DNA of 52,366 bases from a virus, in the IMG/VR virus record IMGVR_UViG_3300030000_000014. One strand, 5' to 3'. The notes beneath the pieces are model-generated. The model saw nothing but the letters and a program-made list of their open reading frames with translations. It did no database searches and was not told where the DNA came from. How positions within the stretch are numbered: the first letter of the stretch is position 1; every line of letters starts with the position of its first letter. This document shows, in pieces, positions 1 through 8,535 of this stretch. The position numbers and the translations under genes are program-made.

Positions 1-340
1 TCGACCTACGTGGTACGCAAATCAGTGTCCTACCCGATAACTTGACAGTTGGCGGTTCTCTCGACCTACGTGGTACGCAAATCAGTGTCCTACCCGATAA
101 CTTGACAGTTGGCGGTTCTCTCGACCTACGTGGTACGCAAATCAGTGTCCTACCCGATAACTTGACAGTTGGCGGTTCTCTCGACCTACGTGGTACGCAA
201 ATCAGTGTCCTACCCGATAACTTGACAGTTGGCGGTTCTCTCGACCTACGTGGTACGCAAATCAGTGTCCTACCCGATAACTTGACAGTTGGCGGTTCTC
301 TCGACCTTGAAGGTACGCAAATCAGTGATGAAAGTAAGGT
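1..340 (+). repeat. 60-bp tandem repeat: 5 identical copies (1-300) plus a diverged partial sixth (301-~340). It is in frame and encodes GGSLDLRGTQISVLPDNLTV.
   Basis: Lines 1, 61, 121, 181 and 241 are letter-for-letter identical. The copy at 301 diverges (tcgaccttgaaggtacgcaaatcagtgatg). Confidence 0.97.
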
Positions 341-788
341 AAACCGGAACATTGATGAAAATTCATTTTTCGAGTGGCGAAATAAGAAATACGTAAAGGC
401 TGACGGTATTTTTTCCAAAGTGATTTCTCACAAAAGAAATGTATACAAAATTCAAAAAATAGGTTCTACGAAAGAAACATATTTGGTTACTGATGGAAAC
501 GGAAAGTTCTCACATGGTGAAACAATCAAAGAAGCAAAAGATGATTTGATTTTCAAAATTTCAAATCGTGATAAATCAGACTACAAAGGATTGACACTGG
601 AAAGCAAAATGAGCTTTGAAAAAGCAATTGAATGTTATCGTATCATAACCGGTGCCTGTAGCTTTGGAACGAAAGATTTTGTATCAAATCGACTTATATC
701 AAAAAAGAAAGAATACACAATCGCTGAAATGATTGAAGTCACAAAAGGCGAGTATGGTAGTTCAACTTTTCAAAATTTCTTTATTTAA
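1..788 (+). CDS. LRR-like tandem-repeat protein, 3' part (5' part at 52179-52366 across the contig junction)
   Basis: Reading frame (codons at 3, 6, ...) matches the frame of the ATG at 52179. The 20-aa units fit LxLxxTxIxxLPxxL periodicity. C-terminal ~160 aa are non-repetitive (YRIITGACSFGTKDF) and unrecognised. Confidence 0.8.
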   Translation, partial: DLRGTQISVLPDNLTVGGSLDLRGTQISVLPDNLTVGGSLDLRGTQISVLPDNLTVGGSLDLRGTQISVLPDNLTVGGSLDLRGTQISVLPDNLTVGGSLDLEGTQISDESKVNRNIDENSFFEWRNKKYVKADGIFSKVISHKRNVYKIQKIGSTKETYLVTDGNGKFSHGETIKEAKDDLIFKISNRDKSDYKGLTLESKMSFEKAIECYRIITGACSFGTKDFVSNRLISKKKEYTIAEMIEVTKGEYGSSTFQNFFI

Positions 789-803
789 TAAAACAGTAGC
801 AGT

Positions 804-1715
804 ATGGCAGACGAAAACAAAGTCCCTGTTCGCAAAGTGGACATTCTCAAAAAAACGTTGGGTACGGATAGTATCAACGAACAATTCAAAAACGCATTAG
901 GAGCAAACAGCAATGCGTTTGTAGCAAGTATTATCGACCTGTACACAGGTGATCCTCAATTGCAGACATGCGACCCGAACCTAGTAGTTGCACAAGCATT
1001 GAAAGCAGCAGTTCTGAAACTCCCAATCAACAAGGCATTAGGCTTTGCTTTCATTGTCGTTTTCAATAACTCAGTGAAAACAGAAAACGGTTGGGTGAAA
1101 GTCCCAACACCAACGTTTGTTCCCGGCTACAAAGGCTACATTCAGTTAGCTATGAGAACTGGCCAGTATCGCACAATGAATACCGATGTGGTTTACGAAG
1201 GAGAGCTTCAAAAAGTCAAAAAATTGTCAGGTGAAATCAACTTCGATGGTGTCAAAACTTCTGACAAAATTATTGGGTATTTCGCTTATTTCGAGTTGTT
1301 GAATGGCTTTGAAAAAACGCTCTACATCGATGTTGAAAAAATGTCTAAACACGCTAAACGTTACGCTGCTTCGTTGAAAAATAACAAGGATGTAACGGTT
1401 GAAACGTTGAAAATTCTTGCCAACTCAGAACAGTCAGGTGATAAGGTTGGTTGGCTTGGAAATTTCACAGACATGGCCTTAAAAACATGCTTGCGAAACC
1501 TACTAGCTAAGTGGGGCTACTTATCAGTTGAAATGCAAAGCGTACTTACTTCTGACAACGAAGATTACGACAGCACGGATGACCGTAACAAAGCAATCAA
1601 TGACATTCGACCTAATAACTTGAATATCGAGGATACAGACTTCACAGACGAAACTACTGCAGCGACTACCGAAAGTGAAACTCCAACACCATCAGGAGAT
1701 GGACCAGGTTATTGA
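804..1715 (+). CDS. recT: RecT-family single-strand annealing recombinase
   Basis: 303 aa. Typical RecT core (NLVVAQALKAAVLKLPIN, PGYKGYIQLAMRTGQY) with an acidic C-terminal tail. Confidence 0.85.
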   Translation: MADENKVPVRKVDILKKTLGTDSINEQFKNALGANSNAFVASIIDLYTGDPQLQTCDPNLVVAQALKAAVLKLPINKALGFAFIVVFNNSVKTENGWVKVPTPTFVPGYKGYIQLAMRTGQYRTMNTDVVYEGELQKVKKLSGEINFDGVKTSDKIIGYFAYFELLNGFEKTLYIDVEKMSKHAKRYAASLKNNKDVTVETLKILANSEQSGDKVGWLGNFTDMALKTCLRNLLAKWGYLSVEMQSVLTSDNEDYDSTDDRNKAINDIRPNNLNIEDTDFTDETTAATTESETPTPSGDGPGY

Positions 1716-1717
1716 TT

Positions 1718-1870
1718 ATGTTAGAAGTCATAAAATATGTAACAAGTGGATTTTGGGTGTTTGTTGGAACAACAATTTTAATATCAATACCTATTGCTTT
1801 TATTTCTGAAACTATAATATCGGTTGTAAAAGTGTATTTCAGGTATCTATCCAACAAACAGCCAAAATGA
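1718..1870 (+). CDS. Small hydrophobic peptide (50 aa), not in the ORF track
   Basis: Hand translation: MLEVIKYVTSGFWVFVGTTILISIPIAFISETIISVVKVYFRYLSNKQPK. Starts 3 nt after the recT stop, and its stop overlaps the next ATG (ATGA). One predicted TM segment. Confidence 0.4.
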   Translation: MLEVIKYVTSGFWVFVGTTILISIPIAFISETIISVVKVYFRYLSNKQPK

Positions 1871-2589
1871 AACTAACTATCCTCGGAAGTAGCTCAGCAG
1901 GTAACTGCTATATTATCCAATCTGACACCGAAGCATTGATATTGGAAGCAGGTGTAACACTTGCGAAAGTAAAGCAAGCACTCGGTTTCGACATTAGCAA
2001 GGTGTCAGGTTGCTTAATCACTCACTTGCACGGAGATCACTCAGGCAAAGCAAAGGATTTTGAGCAATGTTTCCCTGTCTACGCTAATAAAAGTGTCATA
2101 GAAGCAAAAGGATTGCAAAGAGCAAAGGAAATTCAAGCAGAGAAAGGCATTAAGGTAGGAAATTTCAAAGTACTACCATTTCATGCAGCACACGATGTTC
2201 CGTGCCTTGGTTTCCTTATCAATCACAGTGATTTTGGGAATATGATGTTTTTGACCGATAGTTTCCTTTGCGATTACACTTTTGACAATTTGAATCATAT
2301 TTTGATAGAATGTAATTATTCAGATGCTTGCATTGATGAGAGTGTTCGTAATGGTTTACATTGGAAAGTAAAAGAACGGGTAATGACTAGCCACATGGAG
2401 CTAAAAACGACCAAAAAGGTATTGCTCAATCAAAACCTTACCAATGTCCACAACGTGGTTCTATTGCACTTATCAGGACAAAACAGTGATCCTGCAGAAT
2501 TCTTTGAAGTTATCGCCAAAGCAACCGGTAAGCCGATAACTATAGCTAAGCCCGGTGTTGAAATTGAATTAATCAAAAATCCCTATTAA
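1867..2589 (+). CDS. Metallo-beta-lactamase-fold hydrolase (candidate nuclease partner of RecT)
   Basis: HxHxDH motif (THLHGDHSG). 240 aa, located next to recT. Confidence 0.75.
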   Translation: MKLTILGSSSAGNCYIIQSDTEALILEAGVTLAKVKQALGFDISKVSGCLITHLHGDHSGKAKDFEQCFPVYANKSVIEAKGLQRAKEIQAEKGIKVGNFKVLPFHAAHDVPCLGFLINHSDFGNMMFLTDSFLCDYTFDNLNHILIECNYSDACIDESVRNGLHWKVKERVMTSHMELKTTKKVLLNQNLTNVHNVVLLHLSGQNSDPAEFFEVIAKATGKPITIAKPGVEIELIKNPY

Positions 2590-2591
2590 TC

Positions 2592-2855
2592 ATGGAACTA
2601 ACATTATTTCGAGTTGAAGATATTGTCCCAGTTGTAGAAGTGGTACAAATAGACGTAAAAAAAGGACAATTTCACGATAGAACTGGAAAGTTTGCTAATA
2701 AGTTAGTTTCTGAAAGAGACCAAGCTGTAAGAGAAGCAACCGGAAGCAAAAATCGTTGCAATTACCTTACCTCTATTGTATCATGTCTTAGAAAGCAACT
2801 ACGTCAAAAAGACGAACGGATTATTGAACTCGAAATGAAGTTAAAGCAAAAATAA
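2592..2855 (+). CDS. Hypothetical protein
   Basis: ORF track. Tightly packed co-directional gene, no recognisable motif. Confidence 0.5.
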   Translation: MELTLFRVEDIVPVVEVVQIDVKKGQFHDRTGKFANKLVSERDQAVREATGSKNRCNYLTSIVSCLRKQLRQKDERIIELEMKLKQK

Positions 2856-2887
2856 AATTAATAATTTTCATTAAAAACAGTATCATT

Positions 2888-3316
2888 ATGGACAAAAATT
2901 TAGGGCTTGAAATAGTAGACCCGGAACAAAGAAAACGTTTTTTGAAAGACAATTGCGATGTTGTAGAAGACAAAGGTTACATGAAACAGTTCAGCAATGA
3001 CAAAGTAGTTGAATTGAAAGAAAGACTTTCAGAGGTTTCTATTGAAATCAACGACAAGGAAGAAGAACTGAACGACATTAAGAAAACGTTCAAATTCCAA
3101 ATGGACCCGCTCAAAGAAGAAAAGCAACTTTGCTTAAAAGGAATCAAAGAACGTGCAGAGTACGTTACCGAAACATGCTACACATTCATTGATCAGGCCG
3201 AAAAAATGGTTGGAACATACAATGCGGAAGGGATGCTTATTTCACAACGTCCTGCAATGCCTAAAGAGCTTCAAGGAACTATTCATCAGGTTTTGAGAAC
3301 AGGAACAAATAATTAA
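2888..3316 (+). CDS. Hypothetical coiled-coil protein
   Basis: ORF track. Charged heptad-like sequence. Confidence 0.5.
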   Translation: MDKNLGLEIVDPEQRKRFLKDNCDVVEDKGYMKQFSNDKVVELKERLSEVSIEINDKEEELNDIKKTFKFQMDPLKEEKQLCLKGIKERAEYVTETCYTFIDQAEKMVGTYNAEGMLISQRPAMPKELQGTIHQVLRTGTNN

Positions 3317-3340
3317 TTTACTCGAAAAAATTAAAATTTT

Positions 3341-4117
3341 ATGGAAAACGAAAAAATGCAAGTTGTCCTGCATGAAGGACAAACAGAATTAGTTATCAGA
3401 GAAGGTAAAGCGCAAAACATCTTGGATGTAAAACCGCCAGTAAAAATTGCACTTGTAGGAGTTATTGGCGCACCTACTGAATTTTTGGCAAGGAGATTTC
3501 AGCATTGTGTGGATGCAGCAAAACCTGATTGTATTGAGATGCTTGCCCACTTTGATCCTACCCGATTACACGTTTTAGTAAATCGTGAGGATGTAAAAAT
3601 TACCCTCGTTATTGACGAACACGATGAATACAAGCGTGGAACTGTTGTTGGATCACTTGAACTTCACCCTAAGTTTGTAGAGTTCGGAATAAATGACAGC
3701 AAAAAGCTGTGGGAGCCAAACGAGCTTGGCCAGTTCTTGAAAATGAACCGGGCGTTTTTCCCTGACCGTTCAAAGAACATGACTTTGGTTAGCGAGTTGA
3801 AAAATTTCGTTGGGAAAGTTGATTCAACAATTGAACAGCAGAAAGAAGACAAAGGAAGTTTTAAGGACAATTTCAGTGCGGTTGTAACCTCCAACCTACC
3901 CGATTCTTTCAGCGTTCAACTACCGGTATTTAAAGGCACAAAACCCGAAATAATCGATGTTGAATTCTATGCAAGTGTAAGTGGTCGTGAGATTTTCGTT
4001 CAACTGGTATCGCCAGGTGCTAACGAACTGTTTGAATCAATAAGGGACACTGTAATTGACGAACAGATTGAAGCTATTCGAAAAATTGCACCCAACATTG
4101 TAATTATCGAGCAGTAA
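3341..4117 (+). CDS. Hypothetical protein (258 aa)
   Basis: ORF track. No motif recognised. Confidence 0.55.
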   Translation: MENEKMQVVLHEGQTELVIREGKAQNILDVKPPVKIALVGVIGAPTEFLARRFQHCVDAAKPDCIEMLAHFDPTRLHVLVNREDVKITLVIDEHDEYKRGTVVGSLELHPKFVEFGINDSKKLWEPNELGQFLKMNRAFFPDRSKNMTLVSELKNFVGKVDSTIEQQKEDKGSFKDNFSAVVTSNLPDSFSVQLPVFKGTKPEIIDVEFYASVSGREIFVQLVSPGANELFESIRDTVIDEQIEAIRKIAPNIVIIEQ

Positions 4118-4178
4118 AAAGGGAAACGTAATGCAATCACAAAAATTTAATTCTTTTTCGTGGGATTATTTCAAAAAT

Positions 4179-4212
4179 GTGATTGCATTACACTCACTTT
4201 TATATATCTTTA
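4179..4212 (+). promoter_or_regulatory. Palindrome plus -7 box cassette, copy A
   Basis: GTGATTGCATTACACTCAC (4179-4197), then 7 nt, then TATCTTTA (4205-4212). Flanked by an A-run upstream and a T-run downstream. Confidence 0.6.
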
Positions 4213-4324
4213 CATCCTCAATCAATAGGAGTAGCAGCCTAGATAAAAATTTTACGACCCCTTTTTTCCTATTCCGACCTGCTACTCGGAAGTTTGGAAA
4301 ATTGGGGTTTCGTTTTATACACAA

Positions 4325-4777
4325 ATGAAGACACTATATTTCAAAAAAGAGAACGGAGAAATTAAGGAAGAAGAACAGCTATTCAAGCAATTGAAGCAGT
4401 CATTCCTTAGTCTTAAAAATGGTGATTATGAGATAGTTCATAAGCTATTCAAGAAGAACCGTTCTAACGATCAAAATGCTTTAATGTGGTTGTGGTTCAC
4501 ATGCTTAGAAGACGAAACAGGACAAGACAAGCAAGACATTCACGATTATTATTGCAAGCTATTCTTAAGGCGTGAAGTAGTAATCAACAACAAGCGTGAA
4601 GTAGTAGTTTCCGGCACAAAAAATCTGAAAACTGATGTAATGGCTAACTTCCTCACTAAAGTACAAGCAGATGCAGCAAGTGAGTTTGGTTGTCAGTTAC
4701 CTACACGTGAAGACCTGCATTTCGAGGAATTCAGGAGACAATACGAACGGTTTAATTCTCATAACGATGGCAGATAA
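4325..4777 (+). CDS. ninB: NinB/Orf-like recombination mediator
   Basis: RSNDQNALMWLWFTCLEDE resembles lambda Orf RSLDQNRKLWACLGDVS. Similar length (150 aa). Confidence 0.5.
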   Translation: MKTLYFKKENGEIKEEEQLFKQLKQSFLSLKNGDYEIVHKLFKKNRSNDQNALMWLWFTCLEDETGQDKQDIHDYYCKLFLRREVVINNKREVVVSGTKNLKTDVMANFLTKVQADAASEFGCQLPTREDLHFEEFRRQYERFNSHNDGR

Positions 4778-5591
4778 TAAGTCAGGGTTTAAATTCTACA
4801 ATGTAGATACAGACCGGTATCAGGACATGAAAATAAAACGGCTAAAGAAGAAGTATAGCTGTAATGGAATTGCTGTCTACGACTACATACTTTGTGAGGT
4901 TTACAGGGTTCGTGGTTGCTTTACAGAGTGGGATGATAACTTCTTGTTTGACGTAGCAGATTACTTTTCGATAGAAGAACAATTGGTTACTGAAATAGTG
5001 AATTTCTGTTGCAATGTAGGTCTTTTCGATAAGATTGTTTTTGCCAAATTATCAATCATTACTTCGCGAACAATTCAAGAAAGATTTGTCGACATGAGTA
5101 GACGAGCCAAACGAACAGGCGTAAATATTCCCGAAGAAATACACATTATTCGGGAAGTATCGCCAAAAGTTCGGGAAGAAAGTGGAAATACTCAGGAACT
5201 TTCAGACAGAGTAGAGAAGAGTAAAGAAGAAGAGAAAAAAGAAGAGGAAAGTAGAGGAAATTACTCACCCAAATATTTTGTCGAAATTGACGAGTTAGAA
5301 CAATTCCTGAAAGATGATACAGAGTGGTGCGATATTGTTTGCTCACAGAATGGATTTAGTCCTGATCAGATAAATGAGTTTCATGGTTTCATAGAAAAAT
5401 TTGTATCAAATCTCCGTCAGAAAAAAGTACCCGGCAAGTCCCCGAAAGAAGCTTATGATCACTTTGTGAATTGGTTTATAAAGCAACTCCAAAATTCAAA
5501 ACAGAATGGAACTGAACAGAAAAGAAATAGCACAAGTGACAGGCAAAGTCAATTGCTTGCAGAAGTTGCCGAAGTTATCGCCACAAATTGA
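4767..5591 (+). CDS. Replication initiator-like protein with DUF4373 (Lin1244/Lin1753-like, DnaD-related) N-terminal domain
   Basis: Start chosen at ATG 4767 (MADNKSGFKFYNVDTDRYQD...), overlapping the upstream stop. The N-terminal domain pattern is typical of phage replication proteins. A Glu/Lys-rich linker follows. Confidence 0.6.
   Translation: MADNKSGFKFYNVDTDRYQDMKIKRLKKKYSCNGIAVYDYILCEVYRVRGCFTEWDDNFLFDVADYFSIEEQLVTEIVNFCCNVGLFDKIVFAKLSIITSRTIQERFVDMSRRAKRTGVNIPEEIHIIREVSPKVREESGNTQELSDRVEKSKEEEKKEEESRGNYSPKYFVEIDELEQFLKDDTEWCDIVCSQNGFSPDQINEFHGFIEKFVSNLRQKKVPGKSPKEAYDHFVNWFIKQLQNSKQNGTEQKRNSTSDRQSQLLAEVAEVIATN
5124..5260 (+). repeat. TTCSSGAA boxes plus GAGTA/GA-rich iteron tract, copy 1 (inside the replication gene)
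   Basis: aatattCCCGAAgaaatacacattaTTCGGGAAg...aagTTCGGGAAg...ggaactttcagacaGAGTAGAGAAGAGTAAAGAAGAAGAG. About 100 nt align with 26564-26669. Confidence 0.75.
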
Positions 5592-6159
5592 AAAGTTCAA
5601 AGAGCAGTTAGGTACAATTACTCAGTACCTGGAGCGATTCAACCCAACGTCTGTACAAGATGGATTGCTTAGAGCTAGAGCCGGATTTGTAGAATGCAAG
5701 TCATACGATTTACCAACCTTGGAAATGTCGGCACAGATTTACGGAGAAAAGGCCATTGTCGTATGGATCAAGATTCAACTTGAAAACCTCAATGAATACT
5801 GTGGAGTAAAGGAAAAAATGTCACTAGAACAACTTAGCGAAGTTTCGAAAATAATCTTTTACACCTATCCACAATTGAACATTGCTGAAATAGCTTTTTT
5901 CATTTTGAAATTCAAATCAGGCTATTTTGGACAGTTCTATGGCTGTGTTGATCCATTGAAAATTTCTTCCGCATTCTGCCAATTTATGATGGATAGAATG
6001 GATGCTTTAAACGCTGCACAGCGAGATAGTAAACGTCAAGAGATAGAATGGAGCGTACAAAACGATATGGCTCAAAAGTTACTGAAAGAAAGAATTATTC
6101 GGAAACGAAAAAAAATAATGTCAATAAAAAAAATCAGAATCAAACGAATTAAAAAGTAG
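5506..6159 (+). CDS. Hypothetical protein (start uncertain: 5506 or 5725)
   Basis: ORF track. Overlaps the upstream gene by 86 nt if it starts at 5506. Basic C-terminus. Confidence 0.5.
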   Translation: MELNRKEIAQVTGKVNCLQKLPKLSPQIEKFKEQLGTITQYLERFNPTSVQDGLLRARAGFVECKSYDLPTLEMSAQIYGEKAIVVWIKIQLENLNEYCGVKEKMSLEQLSEVSKIIFYTYPQLNIAEIAFFILKFKSGYFGQFYGCVDPLKISSAFCQFMMDRMDALNAAQRDSKRQEIEWSVQNDMAQKLLKERIIRKRKKIMSIKKIRIKRIKK

Positions 6160-6163
6160 CAGT

Positions 6164-6733
6164 ATGGACGAAAACAAAAAAAATGAGTTTTTGATTTTCA
6201 CAAAGAAATTTGATACACTCGAAGATGTCCTTAAGGACAAAGAGTTTCAAACGTTTCTATCCAGTGAAATGGATAGTGTGAAGAAAGGCAGAATGGTAGA
6301 ACCACCTGCAGGATTCAGGTACAAACGAGACGGATATGATCAGTTAAAAGAAAATGGTCGTTTCAGAGTTGAATACATTATCAGTCAGTACTCATTGATT
6401 GAACAAAAGAAATGCGAACTGCCAGGTTCGATCAGAAAATTTATTGAGGGTCTTGTGATCAGTGCAACTGTAAAAATGCGAGACTTCTATTCTATCAGAG
6501 TCACCGAAGGATTGATATTTACAGGAAAGAATTTCACAGGTCGTGTTGAAATCCTAGCATTCGATTTCCCTAACAAAATACTGAAAGTGGAGTGTACAAC
6601 CAAAACCAACGAACAGTTCAACACATGGCCTGAGGATTGGGATTTACAGCACACCATTTGGGGCTTTGAAAGCGGTGAATACTTCGCTGCAACATTTGAA
6701 AATTATCCACCAACAAAAATTCAAGCAGTATGA
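6164..6733 (+). CDS. Hypothetical protein
   Basis: ORF track. Preceded by the AGTAGCAGTATG start context. Confidence 0.55.
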   Translation: MDENKKNEFLIFTKKFDTLEDVLKDKEFQTFLSSEMDSVKKGRMVEPPAGFRYKRDGYDQLKENGRFRVEYIISQYSLIEQKKCELPGSIRKFIEGLVISATVKMRDFYSIRVTEGLIFTGKNFTGRVEILAFDFPNKILKVECTTKTNEQFNTWPEDWDLQHTIWGFESGEYFAATFENYPPTKIQAV

Positions 6734-7377
6734 GCGAGTCAATGACAAATGCAATGGAATCTTTCAAGGAAGTTCGAAAAGCAACGAAAATTAAAACCCA
6801 TGTTCTTTGGATTTCTCCAACGTTTCCACATGATCATCCGAGAAAGGGAGAAAGAACAGATTTCCCCTGTAAGATTTTAAATGCAATTGGTTTCAGTGGT
6901 GGTCACATGGAATTATATGCAAGATGTCTCACTTCATGTAAGCGACCATGCTACAGAAGAATGATTGAGCCAAAACTTCATACTTGTCGGGCTGACTCCA
7001 AAAACAGCAAAAAAAAGAAAGGAGCTTACGAAGAATGGAAACGAAAGATTGACGAAGTAAACCGTGGCGAAGCAATTCTTTCAGTACGGATGTGGTCGGG
7101 AAGTGCTTACAATAGACTACACGATGGAAGTCACCCTGTCGAAATTGCTCAGTTTGATAAAGATTCAGGAATTGGAGTACAACGGTTAGGATTCAGTAGA
7201 AAGATTGATTATCCATTCATTGAAAATGGAAAAGATGGTGATTTATACCCAATCTTAGATATTGAAAAAATAGCCCAAAATGATGGCTTATCCTTCGCTG
7301 ATTTCAGATCATGGTTTATGAAAGCAGACCTATCAAAACCAGTTGCTCTTATTCACTTCACTAAATTCAGATATTGA
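6730..7377 (+). CDS. Hypothetical protein
   Basis: ORF track. ATGA start/stop overlap with the upstream gene. Confidence 0.55.
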   Translation: MSESMTNAMESFKEVRKATKIKTHVLWISPTFPHDHPRKGERTDFPCKILNAIGFSGGHMELYARCLTSCKRPCYRRMIEPKLHTCRADSKNSKKKKGAYEEWKRKIDEVNRGEAILSVRMWSGSAYNRLHDGSHPVEIAQFDKDSGIGVQRLGFSRKIDYPFIENGKDGDLYPILDIEKIAQNDGLSFADFRSWFMKADLSKPVALIHFTKFRY

Positions 7378-7378
7378 T

Positions 7379-7666
7379 ATGAAAGACTTAAAAATGTTTC
7401 AAATTGAAGCGATAGATGAAATGTTCTGCATTATCGCAACTGACTCACAACACGCAAAAGAGATCCTCTTCAAAGAAGAAGATTCAATCCAACCCGATGA
7501 AATCATTGATACTAATGAATTGTCGGAAGAAGAAATGAAAGAACGCACTATTCTTGCAAATGTAGACATGGAATTGCCTGAAATGAACTTGTTTGACTAT
7601 TTCAGAGAATACAAAGGAGAAGGTGGACCCGGTGAATTAGTTTGTTCAACGCTTTACGTAGATTGA
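7379..7666 (+). CDS. Hypothetical acidic protein
   Basis: ATG at 7379 inside ORF 7343-7666. Confidence 0.45.
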   Translation: MKDLKMFQIEAIDEMFCIIATDSQHAKEILFKEEDSIQPDEIIDTNELSEEEMKERTILANVDMELPEMNLFDYFREYKGEGGPGELVCSTLYVD

Positions 7667-7667
7667 T

Positions 7668-7877
7668 ATGGACAGTAAAGTTGTATTGACCGACAAAAGC
7701 CCAATGCCATTTGGTAAACATAAAGGAGTTGAAATGGCAAATGTGCCCGGAGATTATTTGCTTTGGTTGTATGCTGAATATACTTCTCCAAATCCAAGGT
7801 TTGGATTTATAAATCATCCAGTCAAAGCGTACATTGAAGATAATTTGGACGTAATAAAGAAAGAGGTCAGGAAATGA
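7668..7877 (+). CDS. DUF3820-like small protein
   Basis: MPFGKHKGVEMANVPGDYLLWL matches the PFGKxKG...YLxWL signature. Confidence 0.5.
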   Translation: MDSKVVLTDKSPMPFGKHKGVEMANVPGDYLLWLYAEYTSPNPRFGFINHPVKAYIEDNLDVIKKEVRK

Positions 7878-8254
7878 AAAAATATAATCAAAAACCATAT
7901 TGGTTCATTATAAAAGGTGAAAAGCATTTGAATTTTTGTGGATATACCCCAAGATTTTGGACTTTGAATAATGAGTGTTCACACTATTTTCTATTAAATA
8001 GATGCCCTGATTCTCCCGAATGTATCGGATGCAATGCAATAAAATGCTTAACAGAACAAGAAGCGAAAGACAAATGTAAAGAAGCATTGACATTGAAACA
8101 ATACGGCAATTTCTATTGGTACATAAATGAACAGAAACACACATTTGGATTTGCAGTACATTTCCCTAGATTTGAATCAGAAGGGATTGGATTTGTTAAT
8201 TTTCATTGTGTCCTTTCTGAAATAATTTCTACTGATGAAATAACAATTAAATAG
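7874..8254 (+). CDS. Hypothetical Cys-rich protein
   Basis: ORF track. Start/stop overlap with the upstream gene. Confidence 0.5.
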   Translation: MKKYNQKPYWFIIKGEKHLNFCGYTPRFWTLNNECSHYFLLNRCPDSPECIGCNAIKCLTEQEAKDKCKEALTLKQYGNFYWYINEQKHTFGFAVHFPRFESEGIGFVNFHCVLSEIISTDEITIK

Positions 8255-8265
8255 CATATTAGAAC

Positions 8266-8535
8266 ATGAAAACAGCACTAATCATCTTTGCAATTTTGGT
8301 AATTATCAGAATTGTAACAAAGCCTAAAACAAGGCTTCTGTCTTATAAAATGCAGACGTTCCAAGCACTTAATTCTGATTGTACCACAATCGACATGGAG
8401 CTTGAACGAACAAGAGTATTCGGATTGATAAAGTATAATGTTGAAAGTACTTACGACATTCCTGATGGTCAATCCTTGAAGAAACATTTCAACCATTGGG
8501 ATAAATTAATTGAAACTAAAAAACCTCTGAAATGA
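8266..8535 (+). CDS. Hypothetical protein with N-terminal TM segment
   Basis: MKTALIIFAILVIIRIV hydrophobic N-terminus. Confidence 0.45.
   Translation: MKTALIIFAILVIIRIVTKPKTRLLSYKMQTFQALNSDCTTIDMELERTRVFGLIKYNVESTYDIPDGQSLKKHFNHWDKLIETKKPLK

Noticed and set aside
1-340. The 60-bp direct repeats could be mistaken for a CRISPR array.
   Set aside because: The units are contiguous with no spacers, lie in one open reading frame, and encode a regular 20-aa protein repeat.
1666-1857. 63-aa minus-strand ORF between recT and the MBL gene.
   Set aside because: It is antisense to a better-supported + strand 50-aa ORF (1718-1870) that is translationally coupled to both neighbours.
4131-4328. 65-aa + strand ORF in the ORF track.
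   Set aside because: It spans the palindrome and -7 box cassette and the structured leader. Its composition is low-complexity and it has no start context. It is more likely non-coding.
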